Assembly: GCA_002189035.1 (NCBI GenBank)
Contig: NEEC01000009.1
Coordinates: 62,001-126,000 of the forward strand
DNA length: 64,000 nucleotides
Source: Utricularia gibba
Taxonomy: Eukaryota; Plantae; Magnoliophyta
Reading direction: 5' to 3'
The stretch's first letter is position 1; the number at the start of each line of letters is the position of its first letter. The notes below the pieces were generated by a model. The model was not told where the DNA came from. It was given only the letters and a program-made list of their open reading frames with translations, and did not search any database. Positions 1 through 11,760 of this stretch are shown in pieces. A program made the translations under genes and the position numbers.

Positions 1-683
1 CAATATCATCAAATAGATGTTCAGAGATGGATTGATACAAGACATCCATTGCTTCATCTTTTCTCTACTGCAGATACTCAGCTTCCTCTTGCTGTTCTGA
101 TGTGGATTTGCTTGTTATTGTAATAGCCGGAATCTCCCTTTCAACAACATCCCAAATCTTTCTATCCCGAAGGTAGCTGCGCATCTTTTTGACCCAGCTT
201 CCATACTCTGAACCATCAAATATTGGAGGTCCTCTACCAGATGCCATCATAGCCACCGCTTGACAAGCTTTGGGTTGATACTTGGTAATCTACCAAGTAA
301 AAAACGCTGAACGGTATATAAAATACTGAAACGAACACAGGTTTGAGAACCTTACTGCTCTGATACCATGTTGTTGCAAGAAAAATAGAGTCTTGGGAAG
401 TAACAAAAAGGTAATGTTTATGAGATCATCTTGGATGAAAAACGACTCTTGAACAATAAGAATGACCGAAAACCTAATTGACACGCATTCCTAGCAGGGT
501 TATGACACAATCATTGAAAACAGTGGGCCACAATCATTGAAAACACACAAAAAGCCCAACAACTCGAATCCAACACTTCCATGCTCGAACCCAACACCTT
601 TTTTTATCTGAAATATGACATTATGACACAAGTTTAGTTCTTCCAATCACCTTCAAGCTTTAGATTGAGGCTGATCTCCAACA
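1..683 (-). mobile_element. 5' end of a Ty1/Copia LTR retrotransposon (LTR 369-683, PBS 357-368, gag N-terminus 256 to left edge)
   Basis: The minus strand reads TGTTGGAGA...CAACA (about 315 bp), then TGGTATCAGAGC (tRNA-iMet PBS), then the gag start PPIFDGSEYGSWVKKMRSYLRDRKIWDVV. The element runs off the window. Confidence 0.85.
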
Positions 684-1365
684 TTTAGTACCTTCAGAGT
701 ATCTGACGAATATACCAGCCGACGAACGTTTATCCAGCTTAGACCGCAACTCAGCTGGCACTAGAGTGTATGCTACTGATCCGAATACCCTGAGGTGACC
801 AACAGCTTGTTTCCTACCATGCCAAACTTCTTATGGTGTTATGCCATGCAAGCTGCTTGATGCAATCCAGTTTTGCACATAAACAGCTGTTGCCACTGCT
901 TCACACCAGAATTGTTTGGGTAGCCTCTTTTCTAGAAGTAAGCAACAATCCATGGCCATGATCACTCCATTTTTCCTTTCCACTACACCATTTTGTGGTG
1001 GTGAGTATGGCACCGTGGTATGGTGTTCGATCCCTTCCTTTCTCAGCTCATCTTTGAAGAGGGTAGAGTTCTCCACCATTATCTGTCCGGAGACACACCA
1101 TCTTACAGCCAGAACTCTTCTCAACTAAGGCTTTATAGTTGAGGTAGTTTTCCAGAGCTTGGCTTTTGTATTTCATAAAGAAAATCCAGCAATATCGAGA
1201 CATATCATCAATAAAAATTATGAAATACCTGCTGCCACCCAGTGATTCTACTCTCATAGGGCCACATATGTCAGAATGCACTAGCTCTAGATGTTTTTCA
1301 GCCCTGAACCGAGCTTGATGTGGATAAGGAACCTGCTTCATCTTACCTTGCAAACAAATGGCAAA
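684..1365 (-). pseudogene. Copia integrase fragment, interrupted at 683/684 by the LTR above
   Basis: Motifs LELVHSDICGPM, GGSRYFIIFIDDMSRYCW, LRTDNGGE, VPYSPPQNGVVERKN, FWCEAVATAVY and HLRVFGSVAY...KLDKRS..IFV.YSEGTK. Frameshifted; ends exactly at the LTR TG. Confidence 0.85.
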
Positions 1366-1882
1366 GCAATTTGGTTTTTTAATTTCAAAAGCAATCTAAT
1401 TTTCTAGTATACAAACCATCGGCTTTTCCTGTCAATAAGCAATCTTTTTTTCATTATCAAAATCTACATTTTTAAAGTATCAAAAGTAATCTCTATCAGA
1501 TATTGTTCCTATTATTCTTTTTACATATTTCTTACTTATCATCAAATGATAAATGGAAATTCTAAAAATCGTTGCAATAAAATCAAATTTCTTTATTAAA
1601 ATAAATTTATAAGCTCTAATCTACACAAAATACAAATTCAAGAAACTTTTATAGTTCATTTCAGGGTCGATCAAGGAACCCATTGATACTTGAAAAGTGT
1701 CTTCTACAATGCATGATCGCAGAATAAATGTCACTTTTAGTCTAGGTTCAAATTTTTTTTAGGCATGTTTAAAACATAAAATCAACCTACTCAAGTTAAA
1801 TAAAGTTAATGGGCCATGATTTCCTTGTTCACTAGTAGTACTTTTATTTTGAGTAGGCCCATTTCTCTAACTATATAAGAAG

Positions 1883-2410
1883 TGATGTAACCCTCTAATA
1901 TATAGAGATTAGCAACCCATGAACAAGAGGTGATTTTGAAGCTTAGAAGAGAACCCACCCAAGTCTACCCTCAAGAGAATCAATCTCTTGCAACCAGACT
2001 TCGAAACAAAGAAAATTAGAAGCCACACTTCAGAAAAGAGAGAGGGATTGGAAGTGATAATACTAGGAGCCACACTACAGGTCCTGAAATAGTACATCTC
2101 TAGAGTATTTATACTCTATGATTGGGCTCTAACATTATAGAGCCCAAACTAAATGAAATAGAAAATTCTAACAAGCTCAATGCTCTAAGCTAAATCCAAC
2201 TTCAAGTAGTTGAGCTCTTTTGATGGGATGTCTTCAACCCCATGTTTGATTCCAATGGTATTGAGTAGACTTTTAAGTGTATCTTTAACCATCTTTGTTT
2301 TGCTCCTAGTCATTGGTCCTGGTGGAATCATCTTTGTTTCTAATGTGTTCACTTGAACAAACTCTTCATCATTCTTTAAATATACTTCATTATCTTCCTG
2401 GGGCTCATCA
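1883..2410 (-). repeat. CRM 3' LTR (528 bp)
   Basis: TGATG...TACATCA termini on the minus strand; aligns over its length with 6070-6674 in the opposite orientation. Confidence 0.9.
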
Positions 2411-5400
2411 TCCCCCCTTTCTTTAGGAAGATTCGTCCCTGAATCTGTATCCATGTCGAAAAGAGACAAATCAGCAACATTGAAAGTTGAATGAACAGAA
2501 TACTCACCTGGTAAATCTAGCTTGTACGCATTATCATTAACGCGCTCAACAACTTGGAAAGGGCCATCTCCACGAGGTAGAAGTTTGGACTTTCTCTTTG
2601 TGGGAAATCTCTCCTTCCTAAGATGAAGCCAAACCCAATCTCCAGGTTCAAATACAACTTTGCATCTGCCTTTGTTTGCTGCTGATGCATACTTTGCATT
2701 GTTGCATTCAATCTGTTGTTTCACCTTTTCATGCAATCTTCTGATTGCATCAGCTCTCTTCTTGCCATCTAAACTAACTTTCTCATCACAAGGCAAAGGT
2801 AACATATCCAAAGGTGTAAGAGGATTAAAACCATAAACGACTTCAAATGGAGATAATTTAGTAGTCAGATGCATGGTTCTATTGTAAGCAAACTCAACAA
2901 GTGGCAAACATTCCTCCCAAGTCTTAAGATTTGATTTAATCATAATCCTAAGTAAGGTAGAAAGTGTGCGATTAGTTACCTCAGTTTGCCCATCGGTTTG
3001 AGGGTGACATGTTGTTGAGTATAACAGCTTAGTGCCAAGTTTACTCCAAAGAACTCTCCAAAAGTGACTAAGAAACCTTGCATCTCGATCAGAGACAATA
3101 GTTAGGGGCATACCATGAAATCTAACAACTTCCCTAAAGAAGAGATCAGCCACATGAGATGCATCATCAGTTTTATGGCAGGGAATAAAGTGTGCCATCT
3201 TTGAAAACCTGTCCACAACAACGAAAATTGAATCTCTACCCCTTTGGGTACGAGGTAAGCCTAAAACAAAGTCCATAGAAATGTCCACCCATGGTTGGGA
3301 AGGAGTAGGGAGTGGAGTATACAAACCATTAGGGGCAGTGGTTGATTTAGCCTTCCTACAAGAGATACATCTAGAACAAATTCTTTCAACATCCCTTCTC
3401 ATGTGTGGCCAAAAGAAATGTTGGGTGAGAGTATCAAGAGTCTTTTTAACACCAAAATGTCCCATTAGTCCCCCACCATGAGCTTCTCTAACAATCAAAT
3501 CACGTATGGAGCAAGAAGGAATGCACAGCCTATCTTTCCTATAAAGAAAACCATCTTTCCTGAAGAATAGTCCAGATGTAGCAAGTTCACATGCCTTATA
3601 AATATCCCCAAAATCGTGATCATGAACATATAAGTCAATGATGGAAGCAAATCCAAGAATTCTTGCATCAAGATTGGCTAAGAGAGTGTACCTTCGAGAT
3701 AAAGCATCAGCAACCACATTCTCCTTACCTTTCTTGTATTTGATCACATATGGGAATGTGTCAATGAATTCCACCCACTTAGCATGTCTTCTATTCAGCT
3801 TTACTTGAGCCTTCAAATGTTTGAGAGACTCATGATCAGTGTGTATCACGAACTCCTTAGGCCATAAGTAGTGCTGCCATGTCTCCAAAGCTCTAACCAA
3901 CGCATACAACTCTTTGTCATATGTTGGATAGTTGAAGCAAGTGGACGTCCCTTTTGCATCAACACAGCACCAATCCCTAAACCTGATGCATCACATTCAA
4001 TTTCAAAAGTATCAGAAAAATTTGGAAGTGCTAGGAGAGGTGTTGAGCAAAGCTTATTCTTGAGTTGTTTGAAAGCATGTTCCTGCTCATCTCCCCAATG
4101 AAATGCATGATTTTTCTTGATCAACTGGGTGAGGGGTGCTGCTAGAGAACTGAAGTCCCTAACAAACCGTCTATAGAAACTTGCTGAACCATGAAAACTC
4201 CTAACTTCACCCACTGATGTAGGTGTTGGCCATTCTTTGATTGCTCTTACTTTCTCTTCATCCACAGCTACTCCTGCATTACTTACAACATATCCAAGAA
4301 AAGAGACACTATTTGTGCAAAAGACACACTTTTTGATATTAGCAAACAACTTCTCTTTTCTAAGAGTATCTAACACATCTTTCAAATGCCCTACATGTTC
4401 CTCAATACTTTTACTATAGATCAGAATATCATCAAAATAAACAACAACAAATCTACCTATAAAAGGCCTAAGAACGTGATTCATCAATCTCATAAAGGTG
4501 CTAGGAGCATTGGTTAACCCAAAAGGCATAACAACCCACTCATACAAACCAAACTTAGTTTTAAAAGCAGTTTTCCACTCATCACCTTCCTTCATTCTAA
4601 TCTGATGATATCCACTTCTCAAATCAATCTTACTAAAAACACAAGCACCATGCAATTCATCAAGCATATCTTCAAGTCTAGGGATAGGATGTCTATACTT
4701 GATTGTGATGTTGTTGATGGCGCGACAATCAGTGCACATCCGCCAAGTTCCATCAGACTTTGGAACCAATAACACCGGCACCGAGCAAGCACTCATGCTC
4801 TCACGCACAAATCCTTTAGACACCAATTCCTCAACTTGTTTTTGTATTTCCTTCGTCTCCTCTGGATTGGCTGGGTATGCTGGTCGGTTTGGGAGTTGTG
4901 CTCCAGGGACAAGGTCAATTTGATGCTCAATCCCTCTAAGGGGAGGTAAGCCTTGAAGTTCTTCTGGAAAAACATCTTCATATACCTGTAAGAGAGACAC
5001 AACACAAGATGGAATGGATGAAGCATGGTTAGGTGAAGTAGGAACTTCATCCTTATACATGAGTAGAATGAATGGTTGCCTAGCATGAAGTAAGTGTCTA
5101 ATCTCACTTGGCCTTGCTAATAGACTCTCATTCTTTCTCTCAATTTCTAAAACTCTCATGTTTTCACTCTCTGTTTTGTGCTCATTTTCATCCTTTTTTC
5201 CACTCAATTCCTTGCCATCTCTTCTTTTTTCTCCACTTTTTCGCATCTTTATTTCACTCATTTTCAATTCACTCATCTCTTCTCCCTTACGAACGACCAC
5301 CTTGTGCTTTCCATTATCAGTATGAAGGCCTCTAGCATCACTCAGAATTCTGACTTGATCTTCATGTGCCTCCTTTGGAGATAATGGAGCAAGTGTGATG

Positions 5401-6069
5401 GAGCGTCCATTATAATTGAAGGAATATTTGTTCTTGAAACCATCATGAAATGCTCTTCTATCATATTCCCAAGGTCTCCCAAGAAGAATATGGCTTGCAT
5501 GCATAGGAACAACATCACATAGGACTTCATCTTCATATCTCCCTATGGAAAACGTCACAAGCACTTGTTTGGTAACCTTTACCTCACTTCCTTCATTGAA
5601 CCACTGCAGATTGTAAGGCTTAGGATGCCTCACGGTGGGTAGTCCCAATTTCTCCACCAAGATGTTGCTAGCAACATTGGTGCAACTACCTCCATCAATA
5701 ATCAGGCTGCAAACTTTCCTATTAACAAAGCATCAGGTTTGAAACAAGTTCTCCCTTTGCTCATCATTATCCTTCACCCCAATGTTAAGCGTCCTTCGAG
5801 TGACAAATACTTCTCCAGAAACAGGCAATTCATCCTCATCACTCACTTCAGCTTCTGTCTCCACTAGATCATCATCATCTTCACTAACAACTTCGCCATT
5901 GCCCCTAATCACCATTGCTCGTTTATTTGGGCATTCAGAAGCAATATGTCCAAGTCCCAAGCATTTGAAACATTTTATGTTTCTGGTAGTTCCCTTTGGA
6001 GGTGTTGTTCGCTCCCCTTGCTTGGAACTTGATTGGATGTCGAATTTGAAGTGTTCCATGGATGACTTC
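2185..6069 (-). pseudogene. CRM gag-pol polyprotein, partial and disrupted
   Basis: CFKCLGLGHIASECP zinc knuckle; in-frame TGA at 5733-5735; protease CSLIIDGGSC; RT YFDDILIYS; RNase [15 protein letters not shown] with a frameshifting deletion near 3930; integrase [19 protein letters not shown] and GDGPFQV. Confidence 0.9.
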
Positions 6070-6674
6070 TGATGAGCCCCAGGAAGATAATGAAGTGTAT
6101 TTGAAGAATGATGAGGAGTTTGTTCAAGTGAACAAATTAGAAAGAAAGATGATTCCACCAGGACCAATGACTAGGAGCAAGACAAAGATGGTTGAAGATA
6201 CACTTAAGGGTCTACTCAATACCATTGGAATCAAACATGGGTTTGAAGACATCCCATCAAAAGAGCTCAACTACTTGAAGATGGACTTAACTTAGAGCAT
6301 TGGGCTTGTTAGACTTTTCTATTTCATTTAGTTTGGACTATGTAATGTTAGAGCCCAATTCTAGAGTATAAATACTCTAGAGATGTACTAATTCAGGATC
6401 TTTGGTCATTTTATGTATCTTGTGAGGATTCCCCTCTCCTTTGAGTGCTTGAACACTCTTAACTTATCAAGCTTTAAGCTTGTGGCGTTCTAGGATTATC
6501 ACTTCCAATCAATCTCTCTTTTCTGAAGTGTGGCTCCTAATTTTCTTTGTTTCAAAGTCTGGTTGCAAGAGATTTATTCTCTTGAGGGTAGACTTGGGTG
6601 GGTTCTCTTCTAAGCTTCAAAATCACCTCTTTTTTTGTGGGTTGCTAATCTCTATAGATTAGAGGGTCACATCA
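6070..6674 (+). repeat. Same-family CRM LTR (605 bp) in inverted orientation, no TSD
   Basis: Starts TGATGAGCCCCAGGAAG and ends AGAGGGTCACATCA; encodes GPMTRSKTK. Flanks ACTTC and CTCGT do not match. Confidence 0.9.
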
Positions 6675-6719
6675 CTCGTGGTGTTATATCCGATGCTTAC
6701 CGTGTTAGTATGTCAGCAT

Positions 6720-8526
6720 GCACTGATCATGCGTGTCCTAAGACACAAAGCGTGGTCATATTACATGAAGTGATAGGAAATCTTTGGAAAGGATCGGGCT
6801 ACAGGAGATAATACGATGAGCTATATAGTTGTGTCCAAGAAGATGAAATTGACGGAAGATGTTGGAGAGGATCTGGAACCATCTTTGGATTGCCCTCTAG
6901 ACCTGGATATCATTGGACATGATATGAACTTCTCGTATGCTGATACACCTTGTGACCCATTTGGTTGTGTTGCGGAGGGTGTGAACGTCACCCCTAGTAG
7001 GGACTCCGAGTCACACAACAGCACCGACTCGTTGCAGTGAACTGAACAAAGCAGGTGGGGACCGAGGGGAATAGATGATGATGTGCAGTTCCTAAAAGAA
7101 ATGAAGGAGCTGAGCGTGCGCACATGCAAAGAGCTACGTCACCTTGGATTAACAGTGGTGCAGCAAGCGCGAGAGTTGGTGGACAATCAGCGTCAAGCAG
7201 GGGAGATCATTAGAGGTATGCCGTTGCAATTAACTGCCATCCAACGTTTTACCATAGTATAGACGATTAGTTCCAACCCTGCGAGGTTGCGCTACTTCCT
7301 TACCTCCAATGACAGTGGAAGAGAGCTGATTGTGCATGTTTTAGCATCCGAACGTAGATCTTAAATCTGTTGTGCAGTATTTGGCCTTATGTTGGACTCA
7401 TGCGCTAAATTTAGTCCCAACCTTACTTCTAATAGTTTTCTTTGAGCAATGCAGCACATGTCAGCAACACAAATTTTTCTTAAGGAGCCGGATATGAACA
7501 GTGTAATGGTAGAGAATGAGGGAAAAGTCTGAAAAGAAGAACACAAAATCCAAGAAAAAGAAAAAGGAGAATTTTGGGACAAGATGGAGAGAGAAACAAG
7601 CTCCCCCATTGGAGCACACGACATAACTTTTTGGAGACGGTTTTCTGGAGGGAAGGTCGCAAAAGAACCATGGAGGACGAAGAAGAAGATTTCAGCTACA
7701 CTTGAACTTTTCGTTTATCAAAAATACTATTCTTAATTAGGAATAGCTTTAGCTTTCAACATGAACTGTTTATCATCTTCTGTCTTTGTTTATGTTTCTT
7801 TCTTGTTGTTGCAGAACGACATGAACATGTTCTGGTTTCTAGGTTATGAAAATGTTTTTCTTTCCTTTGTTATGAGTGGCTAAGTATTTAGGGGTGCCTT
7901 AGGGTGAAAATGAGAGATTTGTGTTAATCAATCTTTAGACCTAATCAACCATAAATCACGCTACTTACTTAACAAACCAGGATAGATCAAGGAGGGGAAG
8001 TAGTAAAACCCAGCTTAACAACCCTAATTAAAGGTAGACCAAAGATTAGGGGGAAAATAAGAGTCTGTGTAGACCTAGACTTTGTGTGTTAGTTGTTTGA
8101 TTTATGATTTGTGTGAGCTTGTTTAAAGATAATCATACATCCCCTACGAGTCCTAAGGCATCAGCCATTTCATTTCAGGGACAACTGAGTTTAGAAGCTT
8201 GTTACTTTTCTTTACGTCATTTTATCGTAACTTTACCTTACTACTAGTTAAGAACAAATCTAACAATGTGACACTGATTGCATGCATTGACTTTCACATA
8301 ACAAGCACCTAGCTCCTTGTGTTCGACCCTAGTCCACTATGCTCATATTTTTCATATGACTTGATGTGAATTAGGTTTAAAAATTTTATTTGATAGGAAA
8401 ATTTGCAATTCTAACGACGTTGCAATAATTTTTCGTTTATCAGTGCACCTGGTCGAAGATACACTACAACCACAACAAATAGTACCGACACATGCTACAA
8501 ATATTAAATGCATATCAAATACCTAG
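6720..8526 (+). pseudogene. Harbinger ORF1 (Myb/SANT-like protein), C-terminal half, split by a solo LTR
   Basis: Motifs RVLRHKAWSYY..EIFGKDRATG and C-terminal EIIRGMP...ISSNPARLRYFLTSNDSGRELIVH. Removing 7337-8442 plus one TSD copy continues the frame (VHLVEDTLQPQQ...TAG at 8524-8526). Several internal stops. Confidence 0.75.
7337..8442 (+). repeat. Athila-type solo LTR (1106 bp) with 5-bp TSD GTGCA
   Basis: TG...CA termini; GTGCA at 7332-7336 and 8443-8447; clear similarity, especially over the 3' half, to the LTR ending at 48050 (shared GTGTTCGACCCTAGTCCACTATGCTCATA and CGTTTATCA end). Confidence 0.9.
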
Positions 8527-8541
8527 TCGAAGACACATTAC

Positions 8542-9800
8542 CATTTTGCTCGTAAATAACGTCCGGCTTCGGCACTCCCCACCTGACATCACAAGGATAC
8601 ACAATGTCCGCAAGTACGTCATTCACATCAAATATTAACAACTTTTGTGGTGGGGCTGCGTTATCACTCGACATTCCACCATATGGCCACCATGCAAGCT
8701 GACCACAAAGTTCAAGATTCTTTGCGTACAATCTCTCTAGTTCGGTGTACTTTGCATACCATCATCGTATGTCAAGATTGATGTTGGTCCATCACTCTTG
8801 CCCCCGCCTTCTGGCTGCACATCTTCATCCTCTTCATGGGTCACCTCCTCAGGATCTTCATTCGTACTCTTACATTGTCTACGGTGTTGAGGGATTCCAC
8901 ACCATAGATGTTGTGTCCTAGGAACATTGACGAAGGGTGGCAAGACGTCCTCAAGTGACTTTTTTCTGCAAGAGAACAAATTCACAATCCTCTTTACTGC
9001 ATGTTTTGGCAATACCTCGATGCCTATAATGACAACAACAAAAAGCATGATTACTGTTGCAGATGAAGTTAGAATAATCGAAGTATTTGCACGTGATTAC
9101 CTGATGGGTGTCCAACATTCCCTGACACTATCAATGTTGTTGGGCATTCTGGAGCGTTGGGTGGGCATACCTATACAAAACTAGTCCACCAATCATCATA
9201 TGCGCTGCTCACGTCTATAACTAGAACCACGCCAGGTTTTTCTATGAAGAGAATAGTGCGAACTCCCCTTACGTTGCATACAAACATACGCAAAGAAGAC
9301 ATGCATTTCCAGGGGTATATCCTCCTATTCACAGATCTGTAGAAATGCAAGTATGTGCGCCACAAAACGTGGTGTGAGGTGGGAGAGTGGGATCTAGAGT
9401 GCAGCAAGTATCTGCACCAAGAAAGGAGGCAAGGGCAGTTGCAATCTACACCGAAAGTGGTCGGTGCTGACGGCGAATCCCGATGATCCAACTCTGGACG
9501 GCGCTTGAACATCGGATGTTTCATCTGGTTGTATATCTCACATCGTGTAACCGTCAGGAATTGAGAAATGAGCACATAGTTTGTGGCACGTCAGCATCTA
9601 CGAAAAACAACAGACATCTTTCTCAACGACTGCAATGAAGAATTTGAAACGCTGAAGGCAAAGGTTCCTACTGTCATAACGCTGTTCTGATGAGGTTGTG
9701 AAGGATCCCGTTTTTGCAGTGTTGCTGTGCACATGCCAAAAGGGTGGAGGTGTACGGGCATAATTAATGAAGTTGTGTTTGGAAAGTGGGATATGTCAGG
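8542..9800 (-). pseudogene. Decayed gene with a Transposase_28-like domain, an acidic linker and the N-terminus of an FCP1/NIF-like HAD domain
   Basis: Minus-strand reading FRCRLQLPLPPFLVQILAAL*IPLSHLTPRFVAHILAFLQICE*EDIPLEMHVFFAY and SSAYDDWWTSFV; acidic EDPEEVTHEEDED; then QKLLIFDVNDVLADIVYP (8653-8542). Canonical-looking donors at 9100 and 8541 and an acceptor at 8966. Recognised by eye only. Confidence 0.55.
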
Positions 9801-10084
9801 CGCCTTTATTGTGTGTAGGTGGGTATTAATAGTGGTGAGCAGTTGACAACCAGCCAACGCATTTAATGTTGGATAACTACATTATTTTATCTCATTTAAT
9901 ATTGAAAACATAGCACTGACTAGGCAGCATGCGGTGTTGCGATGTGCGTAGCGTAGCCCAAGCATTTAGAAGCATCGGATATTACGGATGGCGGTGTTTG
10001 ATCAAATGGAGTATTGGTGTACTACCAAATAGCCCCGCTAATATGCACCATCTTCAAACTCATCTATTTCCAAAATATTGACAG

Positions 10085-10366
10085 CACCGGATACGAAGAA
10101 ACACACGGTGCTGCAAAACATGTGATGTCTTACAAGCCTTCCGAAGCACCTCGTCTGAAGAACGTGGTGCCGGCTCCAATGATCCACCATGTGGTACCAT
10201 GTTAACCCATGGTAACACACGACATTACAGTACAATCCTATCACCATTTGCAGCAACCACCGGATACGGTGAAACACACCGTGCTGCTAAGCATGTGATG
10301 TCCTACAAGCCTTCCGAAGCACCTCGTCTAAAGATCGCGGTGCCGGCTCCAATGATCCACCATGTG
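10085..10366 (+). repeat. Direct duplication of about 109 bp with a 173-bp period
   Basis: CACCGGATACG...CCTTCCGAAGCACCTCGTCT...GTGCCGGCTCCAATGATCCACCATGTG at 10085-10193 and 10258-10366. Confidence 0.9.
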
Positions 10367-10499
10367 ATACGTGATGCTTGTTATGACTTTGCAATGCAAA
10401 CAAGTTGTGCTTAAAAAATCCAGTACAAACGACACGATAGGTTCCAAATGGGCATTTAGGAAAACCACTACCACGACAATGTCTAAAGCAGGAATACAT

Positions 10500-11760
10500 T
10501 AGCAGCATCTGCAGGATGCCAACCACTCGGTGTACATCACCTCAGTTTGCTCGTCACGCCACCTATTCTATGCTTGATTTCCTTCGACAGATGTCGTGAC
10601 GTCTTCTGTATCACTCGTGTCCCTAGCTTCATCCTGGAAGTCTAATGGGACCTAATCCCCCAGGGGATCGACCACCATCTCCTTTCGAATGAGCTTATAG
10701 AGCAAAGCGCATGCCAATACAATGCGATTTTGTGTGTCTACCGAATAGTAGCTAGTCATCCATAGTATACCCCACCGCATCTTCATCAAGCCCAAGCTTG
10801 TTCGATCACATTTCTGGCTGATGCATGCCACATGTTGAATAGCTCCTTCACATTTTAGGGTACTCCATTTCCCTGTCCCCACTCCTTCAAGTAACAACAG
10901 ACTCCACGGTATGGTGTCAAAAAGCCCTCCCTATTGGCGTATCCATTGTCACATAGGTAATATGTTCATGTGTCATCATGTATTCATTGCCATAAAATGA
11001 TTGGAATCACATGCACAAGGGCTAAATAAGTGAAATACCTGGGTATACACGGAAGCTGTCGGATGGTGAGAGTGTATCGTTTAGCACTCAACTATCTGCA
11101 GCAGACCCCTCCACCCAACAAGCACATATATAAATTTCATATGTTCAGCACATACCCCAACACGTTGATGGATATCACACTCTTTCGATTTCTGTACCTT
11201 GTAGCTTCACATTTCTTAACTCGTACACCGATTTTTGTACCATCTATGGCCTCAACACAACCCTGCAAATGTATAATCAATTTTAGATACATTCTTAAAA
11301 AGAAGTACGAAAGATGTGTCAACCTAGAAGTATTTGAACTTTCCTTCGAATGCACGTTCTCCAATAGCTACAGAGGTCTCTAAGAGCACTTGATGAAGGC
11401 AAAGGACCACATGCAACAGCTTTTGGAAGCACTGAGACACAGTCTCGGTGCTCCTCTTGTAGACATGCTTCTGCACCTACATTTTTTTATGGTGACCTAG
11501 TATTCCTAAAAACATGCAAACCATCTCCGGAACCGTAGCATATTTTCCAGCCTTTAAACTAGAACGATTTTCTAATAGGCTACATAAAATACCCAAGGCA
11601 TCTCGACTGATTCTCAAGTTCTCAATGGATGCACTGTTCACATCACTCACCAACCTACTAATATACTCAAATTGTTTAGGAATCTTGTGTGTAATTGAAT
11701 ACTTGCGTCTCACCTTATATCCCATACGGTAATTTTTTCAATATAAATATATTAACACAT
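10500..11760 (-). pseudogene. PIF/Harbinger DDE transposase, frameshifted
   Basis: ENLRISRDALGILCSLL...TVPEMVCMFLGILGHH; GCVEAIDGTKIGVRV...RYRNRK..ISINVL; QNRIVLACALL..LIRKEM; C-terminal NRWRDEQTEVMYTEW. Confidence 0.85.

Larger units (their letters stand above)
1883..6069 (-). mobile_element. CRM-clade (centromeric chromovirus) Ty3/Gypsy element, truncated in gag, with 3' LTR at 1883-2410
   Basis: Domain order is gag knuckle, PR, RT, RH, INT. The PPT AAAGGGGGGA (2411-2420) directly precedes LTR TGATG...ATCA. The integrase ORF continues into the LTR and carries the CR motif GPMTRSKTK, the diagnostic CRM layout. Confidence 0.9.

Noticed and set aside
6066-6069. CTTC before the right LTR matching CTTC after the left LTR (element orientation) as a TSD
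   Set aside because: Only 4 bp where 5 is expected for this group, and the geometry does not fit a single insertion; treated as chance.
6675-6695. CTCGTGGTGTTAT after the inverted CRM LTR as a PBS
   Set aside because: Only TGGT matches TGGTATCAGAGC, and the downstream sequence is Harbinger ORF1 rather than gag.
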